Assembly: GCA_037146775.1 (NCBI GenBank)
Contig: JBAWWL010000001.1
Location: 133,464 to 197,463 of the forward strand
Source: Candidatus Omnitrophota bacterium
GTDB taxonomy: Bacteria > Omnitrophota > Gorgyraeia > Duberdicusellales > 4484-171
DNA length: 64,000 nucleotides
Reading direction: 5' to 3'
Below the pieces are notes generated by a model. That model saw only the letters and a list, made by a program, of their open reading frames with translations, ran no database searches and was not told the DNA's origin. The position numbers were made by a program, and so were the translations under genes. This document shows, in pieces, positions 30,118 to 39,195 of this stretch. Position 1 is the first letter of the stretch, and every line of letters starts with the position of its first letter.

Positions 30118-30166
30118 CACGCAATAAAATTATTACGTTGTTAAATCGCTGTAACTTGTTTCTTTT

Positions 30167-30892
30167 ATGGAGCGCATGTTTTTATACGGAAAAAATTCGG
30201 TGTATGAGCGGCTGAAAGTAAACTCTCGCAGCATAAGAAAAATTTTTCTGCAAGACAATTTTAAAGACAGCGACATAGAGCCCCTGCTTAAAGAAAAAAA
30301 AGTAGCAACCGTTTATCTACCGGAAAATAAATTATACAAGATTAAACCAGGCCAAAATCTGCAAGGCATAGTAGCTGAGGTTGATTATTTTGCGTACGCG
30401 GATTTCGATATGTTGCTCACCGCTTCGCAGGATAAAAAAACCGTTCTGATATTGCTGGATAGAATTTATGATCCGCAGAATCTCGGTGCTATCATCAGAA
30501 CTGCGGCGTGTTTCGGTAATTTTGCGGTAGTTATCCCCAAGCATAAAGCCTGTCCTGTTACCGAGGTGGTTTTACATGTGGCACAGGGCGCGGAGAATTA
30601 TGTGCCGGTCGCGCTTGTTTCCAACCTTTCTAACGCAATTATTGCGGCAAAAAAGAGCGGTTGCTGGATATTAGGCGCAGTGACGCAGGATCAAGCCCAG
30701 GATATCACTACCGTTTCCTTACCCTTTCCTTTGGCGTTAGTGATGGGCTCGGAAGGTCAAGGGGTGCGTTACGGAGTGGATAAATATCTTGACATTAAAG
30801 CGCGTATTCCGATGAAGGGGGCGGCTATTTCTTTTAATGTTACCATTGCCTGCGCAATTTTTTGTTATGAAATAGGCAAACAACGAGGCTAG
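30167..30892 (+). CDS. rlmB: TrmH/SpoU family rRNA methyltransferase (RlmB-like)
   Basis: DPQNLGAIIRTA, GSEGQG, IPMKG..SFNV. Confidence 0.8.
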   Translation: MERMFLYGKNSVYERLKVNSRSIRKIFLQDNFKDSDIEPLLKEKKVATVYLPENKLYKIKPGQNLQGIVAEVDYFAYADFDMLLTASQDKKTVLILLDRIYDPQNLGAIIRTAACFGNFAVVIPKHKACPVTEVVLHVAQGAENYVPVALVSNLSNAIIAAKKSGCWILGAVTQDQAQDITTVSLPFPLALVMGSEGQGVRYGVDKYLDIKARIPMKGAAISFNVTIACAIFCYEIGKQRG

Positions 30893-30920
30893 TCTTTTGA
30901 CTGTGTAGTACGCAGGTATT

Positions 30921-31508
30921 ATGAAAAAGGCCAGACAACTTAAAAAAATTCTTGAGTTTATCGCTGAAGCGGGAATGCTTAAAAGAGTACAGCGTTCAGG
31001 CTGGTCTGTGTTAGGCATCAAGGGTGCGGAAAGTGTGGCCGATCATAGTTTTCGCTGCGCGGTGCTTGGGTATGTACTTGCACACATGGAAAAGGTGTCA
31101 CCCTATAAGGTGTTATTGATGACGCTTTTTAATGATATTCACGAAGCCCGAATAACCGATTTACACAAAATGGCGCAAACGTATCTCGACACTCAAGAGG
31201 CGGAGGATACTTGTTACACAGCGCAAGTCCGCCCACTCCCATTTTCGATGCGTACGGAATTGGAAAGTTTACATTGTGAATATCGCCGGCAACATTCCCA
31301 AGAGAGCATTATTGCCAGAGACGCTGATATTTTAGAATGTTTAATTCAGGCGAAGGAATACCAGGAGCACGGATTTTTACAGGCAGCTAAATTTATGCAT
31401 AAGGCTCCAAAGTTTCTTAAAACTAAAAGTGCGAAAGTACTCTGGCAGTTGGCAAAAAAAACCGCACTGAACGACTGGTGGTTTCGTTTGAGCAGTTTCA
31501 AAAGATGA
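30921..31508 (+). CDS. HD-domain hydrolase (YfbR/HDDC2-like nucleotidase)
   Basis: R.GW, ESVADHSFR, NDIHEAR.TD, DADILE. Confidence 0.78.
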   Translation: MKKARQLKKILEFIAEAGMLKRVQRSGWSVLGIKGAESVADHSFRCAVLGYVLAHMEKVSPYKVLLMTLFNDIHEARITDLHKMAQTYLDTQEAEDTCYTAQVRPLPFSMRTELESLHCEYRRQHSQESIIARDADILECLIQAKEYQEHGFLQAAKFMHKAPKFLKTKSAKVLWQLAKKTALNDWWFRLSSFKR

Positions 31509-31518
31509 AGGAGGTTGT

Positions 31519-32076
31519 ATGAGAAACAGCAAACTATTTTTTCTTGTTTTGTTTTTCTTTTGTGTTATCCCCGAAGCATTTTCTTTCCAATTTCAAGACT
31601 ATACCTGGGGGATTCCTTGGGCCGAGGTGAGGGATAAGATAAACAAAGAAAAAAAAGATACCCTAGAGAGCACTTATACATTAAGTTATTCCGAGGAAGC
31701 GCTGGGTTACGATGCAGTGGTAACGTTTGTGTTTACGCCAGGAGGGAAACTGCTTGCCAGCGTTTCAATTGAATGGAAGACGCCGGCCGTGGCGCAAGTT
31801 ATTAAAGATCGTTTAACTAAAGAATACGGCGAGCCGACTAAAAACCCGTACACCGAAGAGTATACCTGGCAGGGGGCTTCCGACGCCGAGTCTTTATTTT
31901 TGGATTGCGATGCGCACGAGACTGAGCTGTATTATTACGGAGGGAAGTATTACACGCAATTTCAGAGAGAAATCGCCAATGTGATAGCGGCGCAAAAAGG
32001 ATATCCGCAACCAGAAGAAAAACACTCCCCGCCTCTTAAAATTGATATTCAGGGCGGGAATAATTGGCGCCGTTAA
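31519..32076 (+). CDS. Hypothetical exported protein
   Basis: Signal peptide ending AFS, F..Y.WG motif; SD AAGGAGG. Confidence 0.6.
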   Translation: MRNSKLFFLVLFFFCVIPEAFSFQFQDYTWGIPWAEVRDKINKEKKDTLESTYTLSYSEEALGYDAVVTFVFTPGGKLLASVSIEWKTPAVAQVIKDRLTKEYGEPTKNPYTEEYTWQGASDAESLFLDCDAHETELYYYGGKYYTQFQREIANVIAAQKGYPQPEEKHSPPLKIDIQGGNNWRR

Positions 32077-32190
32077 TCAGCTGTCGATAGGGCTATTGTC
32101 TGCGACAGTTGCAAAAATATTTTTTTATGCTACAATTCGTTTTTCGCAACGCTCTCTGTCAAGACGAGAGCTTCCTTGTACGAGAAAGAA

Positions 32191-32631
32191 ATGATAGCCA
32201 AAAAACTTAGTTGTAAAAATTTTCTTTCCTTCGGCCGGATTATTACCTATCCCAATAAGCACGCGCAAGCCAGGAAAAAAAATCTCTTTCGCATAGTCTG
32301 TAAAGAATATGGCGCTGTAGGCTGGCGCATAGCTTATTTAGTGGTGAGGGATAGGGCAATAACCAGGCTTGAGCAGCACCAGTGTACCTTAGAAAGCTTT
32401 GAGCCGGTAAAAGGGAGGACGTTACTTTATGTGGCTAAGAAGAAAGACCCACGCCACATAGAATGTTTTTATCTTGATAAGCCGATAGTGCTCTGTAAAG
32501 GAGTGTGGCACGGTGTCGTAACGCTTGATGCTGAGTCCGAAGTGAAAATAACCGAAAACGCCACCGTTAAAAGCGCTTACTGGCAACTAGGTTTTTCTTT
32601 GAATTCTAACCATAAAAAATCCGTCAGCTAA
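32191..32631 (+). CDS. Ureidoglycolate lyase (AllA)-like cupin
   Basis: F..FGRII, LEQH..T.E.F.P, KGVWH. Confidence 0.55.
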   Translation: MIAKKLSCKNFLSFGRIITYPNKHAQARKKNLFRIVCKEYGAVGWRIAYLVVRDRAITRLEQHQCTLESFEPVKGRTLLYVAKKKDPRHIECFYLDKPIVLCKGVWHGVVTLDAESEVKITENATVKSAYWQLGFSLNSNHKKSVS

Positions 32632-32766
32632 CCATTACAATATTTGTCATTTTTTTTGAGAGAAACAAGCTTATTTTGCCAAGCGGGAATTTCCTTGGTA
32701 TAATTAAGTCGATTTCTTAGGGTGTTTTTGTGTGAGCGGATGTTACCGGAAAATGCAGCCCATTAG

Positions 32767-33759
32767 ATGTTAAAAATAAGTATTGTCTTCCTTTGTATGG
32801 TATGTATGGCATGTGGTTTATGCTTTGTCGGGGCATCGGCTCAAAAGTTAGACGATGCCCGGAACCCTGTGTATCTGCCTGAGCAGAAAGGCGAAAGCTA
32901 TCCGCAAGGCGGGCTGGTTAGGGAAGATAGGGAAGAGTTTCCTGAAAAAGTTGCATTACGTCCCGGCGAGGGCGAAGAGTTTATCCGCCACGAAGTTTCT
33001 TCGTCCGTATGCTATATACCTTCCAAAAAAGCTAAGTCTTCTCCCGGCAAAATAGGTATCATAGAATCCGAACTCGAATATAGTTATAATTTAAAATTGT
33101 TTGGCCAGTTGCCCGTAACTATTTCGCTAGACAACGAATATATAGGCATAGACGATACTGTTGAGTTGGAACTTCCTTCTCATCTGGTGGGTTTAAGCGC
33201 TGGTATAGAGGCAACTCTGCCGTTTTTTAATTTTGAAAAGACTTATATAAATGTGGGGATAAATCCTTCTTTTTATAGCGACGGCTGGAATGCCAGGACT
33301 TCGGCATTTCGTATGCCTACCGACATTTTTTTGATTTATAATCCCAAAGAGCAATTGACATTTATCGGTGGAGTTGCTGTATGCCCGGATTTTAAAAATG
33401 TGGTCCTTCCGATAGTCGGCTGCATCTATAAGCCTAATGACAAATGGGCTTTTGAGATGACCTCGGATGCTTCTAACATTACCTATTCAGCCAACAATAA
33501 AGTCGATCTATTTTTTGAAATGACAAGCCCTATCGGAAGCGAATTTGAAGTAAAAAGAGGCCAGCGCCAGGGTGTGGTTTTAGAATACAACGAGATGCTT
33601 GCCGGTGGAGGCATAAAATACAAAGCTAATAAATTCGTCCAAGCTTCTTTGGCGGTGGGAGGAGCGTTTAACCGTTACATAAAGTACAGAGATGAAGGCG
33701 GCAAAGTAAGTATCGAGAACGGTTTGTACACCGAATTTAGGGTAGATGTGCAGATATGA
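32767..33759 (+). CDS. Putative outer-membrane beta-barrel protein (DUF6268-like)
   Basis: Signal peptide, alternating beta-strand pattern, LPIVG.IYKPNDKW. Confidence 0.6.
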   Translation: MLKISIVFLCMVCMACGLCFVGASAQKLDDARNPVYLPEQKGESYPQGGLVREDREEFPEKVALRPGEGEEFIRHEVSSSVCYIPSKKAKSSPGKIGIIESELEYSYNLKLFGQLPVTISLDNEYIGIDDTVELELPSHLVGLSAGIEATLPFFNFEKTYINVGINPSFYSDGWNARTSAFRMPTDIFLIYNPKEQLTFIGGVAVCPDFKNVVLPIVGCIYKPNDKWAFEMTSDASNITYSANNKVDLFFEMTSPIGSEFEVKRGQRQGVVLEYNEMLAGGGIKYKANKFVQASLAVGGAFNRYIKYRDEGGKVSIENGLYTEFRVDVQI

Positions 33760-33787
33760 GGTTATGCAGGAGGGGGTGCGCGCTAAG

Positions 33788-34147
33788 ATGATCATAAGAC
33801 GGCTCGGCGATTGTGAAGAGTTTATTTCCGGCGATAAGGCCCTGTTGCGCGAGCTTTTACATTCTGCCAAGGGAGATTTTAAGTTTGGCTATAGCTTGGC
33901 TCACGCAACAGTTAAGCCCGCAGAGGCAACCAGGCCGCACAAGCTTGTTTCTTCCGAGGTATATTATATTTTAGAAGGACAAGGCCTTATATATATAGAT
34001 GCGTTAAATCAGCCGGTTACGAAAGATTGTGTTGTGTATATTGCCCCGCACGCATGTCAGCACATCGAGAATACGGGTGTTTCTGATTTAAAATTTTTAT
34101 GTATTGTTGATCCTGCCTGGAAGCCGGAGGATGAGGAAATAATATAG
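33788..34147 (+). CDS. Cupin domain protein
   Basis: PH...EVYYILEG.G, H.IENTG..LKFLCIV.P. Confidence 0.85.
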   Translation: MIIRRLGDCEEFISGDKALLRELLHSAKGDFKFGYSLAHATVKPAEATRPHKLVSSEVYYILEGQGLIYIDALNQPVTKDCVVYIAPHACQHIENTGVSDLKFLCIVDPAWKPEDEEII

Positions 34148-34177
34148 TTTCCTGAACGATCGTATACGAGGAAGCGT

Positions 34178-34612
34178 ATGGATAAGTTTATGAAAGCTGC
34201 GATAGGTGAAGCGCGCAAGGGTTTGTCCGAAAGAGGTATTCCGATCGGTTCGGTCCTGGTAGATAAAGAAAAAATCGTCGGCCGCGGGCATAATCAGCGT
34301 GTACAAAAAAAGAGCCCTATTTTACATGCCGAGATAGATTGTCTAGAGAATGCCGGCAGAATCCGCAGCTATCAGGGAAGCGTTTTATATTCTACTTTAA
34401 TGCCTTGTTATCTGTGTGCCGGAGCGGTTGTACAATTTGGTATTAAAAAAGTAATTGTCGGTGAATCAAAAACTTTTTTAGGTGCACGTTCTTTTATGGA
34501 AGCGCATGGCGTTGAAGTTATTGACCTCGATCTTCTTGAATGTAAAAAGTTAATGAGCGATTTTATCGCCAAGAATCCAGAATTGTGGAATGAGGACATT
34601 GGTAAATTATGA
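34178..34612 (+). CDS. Cytosine deaminase (FCY1-like, CDA fold)
   Basis: PIGSVL, HAEIDCLENAG, TLMPCYLC, WNEDIG. Confidence 0.85.
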   Translation: MDKFMKAAIGEARKGLSERGIPIGSVLVDKEKIVGRGHNQRVQKKSPILHAEIDCLENAGRIRSYQGSVLYSTLMPCYLCAGAVVQFGIKKVIVGESKTFLGARSFMEAHGVEVIDLDLLECKKLMSDFIAKNPELWNEDIGKL

Positions 34613-35340
34613 GTAAAAAGGAATCCTTGGAATCAGATAATTTCGATATACAACTGGTAAAAGACAAATCTTTACTAGATAAAGTGCAATATCTTCGTGG
34701 CAGAGTTTTTTTCGACAAAGAAGAAAAGGATGAGGATATCTTTGATGAATTCTGCGATCATCTGGCGGTGGTGGATAAACGTAATGGATCGGTTGTCGGC
34801 ACTTACCGGCTTCTTTTAGGTTCCGTTGCCGCCAAGCATCAAGGTTTTTATTCTGAAACTGAATTTGATTTAGTGAATATCAAAAAGAACTGTTCAGGTG
34901 AGCTTTTGGAGATGTGCAGAGCCTGTGTTTTGGAATCATACAGAAAATATCATATAATAAATTTGTTATGGAAAGAAATAATTGCCTATTTTGCAAAATA
35001 TAAAGTAAGGTATGTTTTTGGCTGTCCCAGTATCGAAAATCCTTCGCCACAAACGATAGGGAAAATATTTAATTTTTTTAAGGAAAATTATTTTGCTCCG
35101 GAATCTTTCAGGGTCGAGCCGCTCAAAAATAAAATATATCATTACGATAAAGATACCCAAGTTAAAAGTCCAACGGAAGCCTACCGGCTTCTGCCTTCTT
35201 TGATCAGGGGTTATGTAAAGATGGGCGCAGTGGCTTGTTCTGAACCTGCCTGGGATAAAGATTTCGGCACTGCCGATTTTTTTATGTTGCTGGATACTAG
35301 GCAAATGAACGCGGCCTATAAAATGCGATTTATATGTTGA
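34609..35340 (+). CDS. olsB: GNAT N-acyltransferase, OlsB-like (ornithine lipid step 1)
   Basis: D.FDEFCDHL.V, VVGTYRLL, FYSETEF, LPSLIRGY, D.DFGTAD. Confidence 0.72.
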   Translation: MSKKESLESDNFDIQLVKDKSLLDKVQYLRGRVFFDKEEKDEDIFDEFCDHLAVVDKRNGSVVGTYRLLLGSVAAKHQGFYSETEFDLVNIKKNCSGELLEMCRACVLESYRKYHIINLLWKEIIAYFAKYKVRYVFGCPSIENPSPQTIGKIFNFFKENYFAPESFRVEPLKNKIYHYDKDTQVKSPTEAYRLLPSLIRGYVKMGAVACSEPAWDKDFGTADFFMLLDTRQMNAAYKMRFIC

Positions 35341-36101
35341 AAATTTGTAAGGCCGTTCTGCTTGTGTATTGTATCCTTGTCTTCATTGTTATTTTTGCCT
35401 TTATACGCTGTATTTTTTTCTCTTGCAAGCGCCGCCGGCAGCTTGTTATGTCTTATGCGATTCACGCTTTCGGACGCGTCGCACTTTTTATCGTAGGTAT
35501 TAGGTTGAGCATTGACGGTTCGGCAGCATCGCTGCGCAAGGGCGTATTTTTTATTACAAATCATGTGAGTTATCTCGATGGTATTGTTGCTGCGGGAATG
35601 TTCCCGTTGATATTTATCAGCAGGGGAGATTTAAAAACTTGGCCGCTGTTCGGCATATTTTCTTCGCTTTCAGAAACCATATTTGTAAACAGAATAGGCT
35701 CAAGCGGTATCTGCCAGGAGATTGAGCGCATTGGTGGAACGCTAAAGAACGGCGTTAGCGTGATCCTTTTTCCCGAAGGAACAACTACCGAAGGAAACGG
35801 TATGATCCCTTTTAAGTCTTCTTTTTTCCAAGCGCCCATAGAGAGTGGCTCATGTATTGTTCCGTTTACTATTCGTTATACTAAGGTCAATGGCCGTCCA
35901 CTTGATGCGAATAATAAAGATTCAATTTTTTGGTATGGCGATATGGAATTTGCTCCGCATCTTTTCCAGCTTATGGGTTTGCGCAGCATCGAAGTGCAGG
36001 TGCGTATTTTAGAACCCGTCAAGAGTGCCGCTATAGGCGATCGTAAGGCATTGGGAAATCTTTGCCAGAAAGTGATACAAGACAGCCTTTCCGCCCAATA
36101 G
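35334..36101 (+). CDS. Lysophospholipid acyltransferase, OlsA/PlsC-like
   Basis: NHVSYLD, FPEGTTT, PFKSS; overlaps the olsB stop. Confidence 0.82.
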   Translation: MLKICKAVLLVYCILVFIVIFAFIRCIFFSCKRRRQLVMSYAIHAFGRVALFIVGIRLSIDGSAASLRKGVFFITNHVSYLDGIVAAGMFPLIFISRGDLKTWPLFGIFSSLSETIFVNRIGSSGICQEIERIGGTLKNGVSVILFPEGTTTEGNGMIPFKSSFFQAPIESGSCIVPFTIRYTKVNGRPLDANNKDSIFWYGDMEFAPHLFQLMGLRSIEVQVRILEPVKSAAIGDRKALGNLCQKVIQDSLSAQ

Positions 36102-36232
36102 ATCTTTAGCGAAACAGAAAAAATTTATCGCATACAAATATTTCGTAACGAATTCGGTTTGACCGTCTCGACTTTGTGATATAAACTAGACGTGGGTGTG
36201 TTTGGAATAAAAAGACAGAAAGGAGGTTTTTT

Positions 36233-37234
36233 ATGGCAGAACTCCGCTATAATCTTATTTCGCGAGAATGGGTAATTATTGCTACCGAGAGAGCGAAACG
36301 GCCGCAGGATTTTGTTAAAGTTAAAAAAGAAATTAAGCCTATGTCTGCATACAAAGAAAACTGTCCGTTTTGTCCGGGGAACGAAAACCAAACCCCTCAG
36401 GAAACTTTTCGCCTGGGGCCTGCTGATAGCTGGAAAGTGCGTTCGGTCTATAATAAATTTGGCGCGCTTTCCAAAGAAGCGCCACGCTTTAGGAATATGG
36501 ATGGGCTTAGCAGCTCGATGGGTGGTTTTGGGGATTGCGAAGTCATCATCGAACACCCTCGTCATGATACCAACATTGTTTTTATGAATAACGAGGAAGT
36601 AGAGAATATTATAACCGCGTATAAAAATCGTTATGAATCGATTCAGAAAGAAGAGGGGATAGAAAATATTGTTATTTTTAAAAATCATGGCCCTGCAGCA
36701 GGGACTTCCCTGGAGCACCCCCATTCTCAGCTTATTGCTACGCCGATAGTTCCTCCGCAGATAAGGGGACGCGTGGAGCGGGCGGTAGGCTATTTTGATT
36801 TTACCGGGCAATGTCTTTTTTGCCAGACGCTTCAGGAAGAACTGAAATCGGGGGAGAGGATTATCCTGGAGACGGAGAAATTTGTTTCCTTTATCCCTTA
36901 TGCTGCAATGTCTCCTTTTCATGTGTGGATTTTTCCGCGCCGGCACGCGCCTTCCTTCGGCGATATAAGCGTTGAAGAGATAAAAGATCTGGCAATTAAT
37001 TTAAAAACTACGCTGGCAAAACTATATCATGGTTTGGACAACCCGGACTATAACTATACCATCCGTTCTATGCCGGTAAACGAGAAGGGAACAAAATATT
37101 TCCATTGGTATCTGAGTATTATTCCGCGCGTAAGCCAGCCAGCCGGGTTTGAACTTGGTTCCGGCATGTTTATCAACGCAGCGCTGCCTGAGGCAAGCGC
37201 GGAGTTCTTGCGGCACATTGACTCTGTGCGGTAA
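36233..37234 (+). CDS. galT: Galactose-1-phosphate uridylyltransferase
   Basis: ERAKRP, CPFCPGNE, SLEHPHSQ, AGFELGSG. Confidence 0.92.
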   Translation: MAELRYNLISREWVIIATERAKRPQDFVKVKKEIKPMSAYKENCPFCPGNENQTPQETFRLGPADSWKVRSVYNKFGALSKEAPRFRNMDGLSSSMGGFGDCEVIIEHPRHDTNIVFMNNEEVENIITAYKNRYESIQKEEGIENIVIFKNHGPAAGTSLEHPHSQLIATPIVPPQIRGRVERAVGYFDFTGQCLFCQTLQEELKSGERIILETEKFVSFIPYAAMSPFHVWIFPRRHAPSFGDISVEEIKDLAINLKTTLAKLYHGLDNPDYNYTIRSMPVNEKGTKYFHWYLSIIPRVSQPAGFELGSGMFINAALPEASAEFLRHIDSVR

Positions 37235-37312
37235 AGCATTAGCGTATTCCGGTGAAAGAGTCGGGTACCCGCGCTCACACTCAACGCGTGCCGTAAAAAA
37301 CACAAAAAGTAG

Positions 37313-37391
37313 TTGACAGCCATATGTAGTATGCATACAATTATATCTGTAGAGTATATATTCATATGCTAAAAGTATATATTTGCAGATA
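37313..37391 (+). promoter_or_regulatory. sigma70 promoter plus inverted repeat (candidate operator or 5'UTR hairpin)
   Basis: TTGACA(37313)-17 nt-TACAAT(37336), then tatctgtagagtatatatt ... agtatatatttgcagata. Confidence 0.7.
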
Positions 37392-37394
37392 CAG

Positions 37395-39011
37395 ATGAAA
37401 CCATTGTCAAAAAATACCATAAAACTCTTAAAAGTTTTTTACACCCACCCCCATCAACAATTTTATATCCAGGAGCTCGGAAGGATTCTCAAGGTTAAAC
37501 CAGGGGTTTTCCAGAGAATTCTTTATAGCCTCGAGAAAGAAGGCGTCCTCAATAGCGATTATAAAGCAAATGCTCGATTTTTCAGCATCAATAAAGATTA
37601 CCGTTTTTATAATGAGTTTAAAAGTATTGTCCGTAAGGCCGCCAATCTTGCGATTGCCGTTATTATCCTTAATGTTCTGTCGCTGGGCTTTGACAATTGT
37701 TTCGGGGAAGAAAAAAAATCAGAAACTCTGGCACTTTCGTCGCTCAATGATGCTATCGACATCGCGCTGAAGAATAATAAAGATATCAAGATACAAGAGT
37801 GTATGTTGAAAGTAGCAAATGCGGATATTTTGTATGCAAAAAGTGATTTTTTACCTAAGGTAGACTTGAATACCGGTTACACCCATAATGGCGCAGTGTT
37901 GAATGCTTCATCTCGTCCCGGCGATAAAAAAGATGTCAGGATATTTTCCGGATATAAAAACGATAATGCTCTTGGCGTAAACATAAACGAGATTGTGTAT
38001 AACGGCGGAGCCAATATTGCCGCCCTCCGGGAAACACAGCTTGGTTTGAAGGAGCAGATAGAAACTTTACGAGCCACAAAACTTAATGTAGAGTTAGACA
38101 CAAAAAGGCTTTATTATGGGCTTTTGCTTGCCTACGAAACGAAGCGTATTGCAGAAGATTTAGTAGAGCAGGCCCAAAGTCACTATGAAGAAGTGGAAAA
38201 TAATTTTAAACAAGGGACTTCTTCCAAGTTTGACGTGTTACAGTCAAAAGTGCAGGTTTCTTTGCTTATGCCGCAATTGATAAATGCCAATAATGCAATA
38301 GAGTTAATTATTGCGGAAATGGATAAATTGCTTGGCTTAAAAGTAGGGGGCGAGATAGTTATCAACGATAAACTGATTTATAACGCAATTGAAATAAAGG
38401 AAGAAGATTTTTTAAAAGAAGCTTATTCGAACGAACCGGAAATGATTTTAAAGTCTTTAGGTATAGATATGGATAAGTGGGCAATTAAATACGCAAGGGC
38501 CGGCTGGCTTCCTCAGGTAGGCGCAAACGCGGAGTATCTCTACAGATCCGGTAACATAGGGAATATGTTTAATAATGAACATGGCAATTGGAATATAGGT
38601 TTTTCGGTGCGTATACCTATATTTGACGGTTTCTCTACTAAGGCAAAGGTGGATTCTGCGAAGGCAAAATATGTTCAGGCAGTTATAAGTAAAGATAATT
38701 TAGCCGATCAAGTAGCCGTGGATGTAAAACAAGCGTGCCTTGATTTAGTAAAAGCAACTACAGTTATAAAGTCACAGCAAGACAGCCTGGAAGACGCAAA
38801 AGAGGCCTTAAAAATTTCCTATGTCCGTTACAATAATGGCGTAGGTATAAATCTAGACGTTTTAGACGCGCAAGTTTCTTTAGCTAACGTGGAAAAGAAC
38901 CTTGCCGAAGGTATGTATGATTATATTATGGCGAAAGCAAAATTAGATAGAGTAATGGGAGTAAGCAGCACAGAAGAAAAAAACTTGAGAGGCGGATTTG
39001 CGCAAAAATAG
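37395..39011 (+). CDS. TolC family outer-membrane efflux protein with an N-terminal winged-HTH domain fused via an internal signal-peptide-like segment
   Basis: aa1-81 wHTH-like (FYIQELGRIL..GVFQRIL..LEKEGVL..NARFFSIN), aa82-104 hydrophobic, then OEP repeats (AIDIALKNN, FLPKVDL, IPIFDGF, LDVLDAQ). Confidence 0.85.
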   Translation: MKPLSKNTIKLLKVFYTHPHQQFYIQELGRILKVKPGVFQRILYSLEKEGVLNSDYKANARFFSINKDYRFYNEFKSIVRKAANLAIAVIILNVLSLGFDNCFGEEKKSETLALSSLNDAIDIALKNNKDIKIQECMLKVANADILYAKSDFLPKVDLNTGYTHNGAVLNASSRPGDKKDVRIFSGYKNDNALGVNINEIVYNGGANIAALRETQLGLKEQIETLRATKLNVELDTKRLYYGLLLAYETKRIAEDLVEQAQSHYEEVENNFKQGTSSKFDVLQSKVQVSLLMPQLINANNAIELIIAEMDKLLGLKVGGEIVINDKLIYNAIEIKEEDFLKEAYSNEPEMILKSLGIDMDKWAIKYARAGWLPQVGANAEYLYRSGNIGNMFNNEHGNWNIGFSVRIPIFDGFSTKAKVDSAKAKYVQAVISKDNLADQVAVDVKQACLDLVKATTVIKSQQDSLEDAKEALKISYVRYNNGVGINLDVLDAQVSLANVEKNLAEGMYDYIMAKAKLDRVMGVSSTEEKNLRGGFAQK

Positions 39012-39156
39012 TGCGGATATCTATCAAGTGGTGTAGGTACATAAAAATTTAGGATAAAGGGTTTATTAATTCACACTAGCATTTTTTCTTCGCGCCCGAG
39101 TGTTGTAAGAAATGCTGTATTCATTACCCCCTTGCCTCTACATATCGGCTTCGGGG

Positions 39157-39186
39157 TTAAATTTTCGCCTTCGGCGGAAAATTTAA
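39157..39186. repeat. Palindrome overlapping the start of the hlyD Shine-Dalgarno
   Basis: ttaaattttcgccttcggcggaaaatttaa followed by ggagg. Confidence 0.55.
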
Positions 39187-39195
39187 GGAGGTAAA

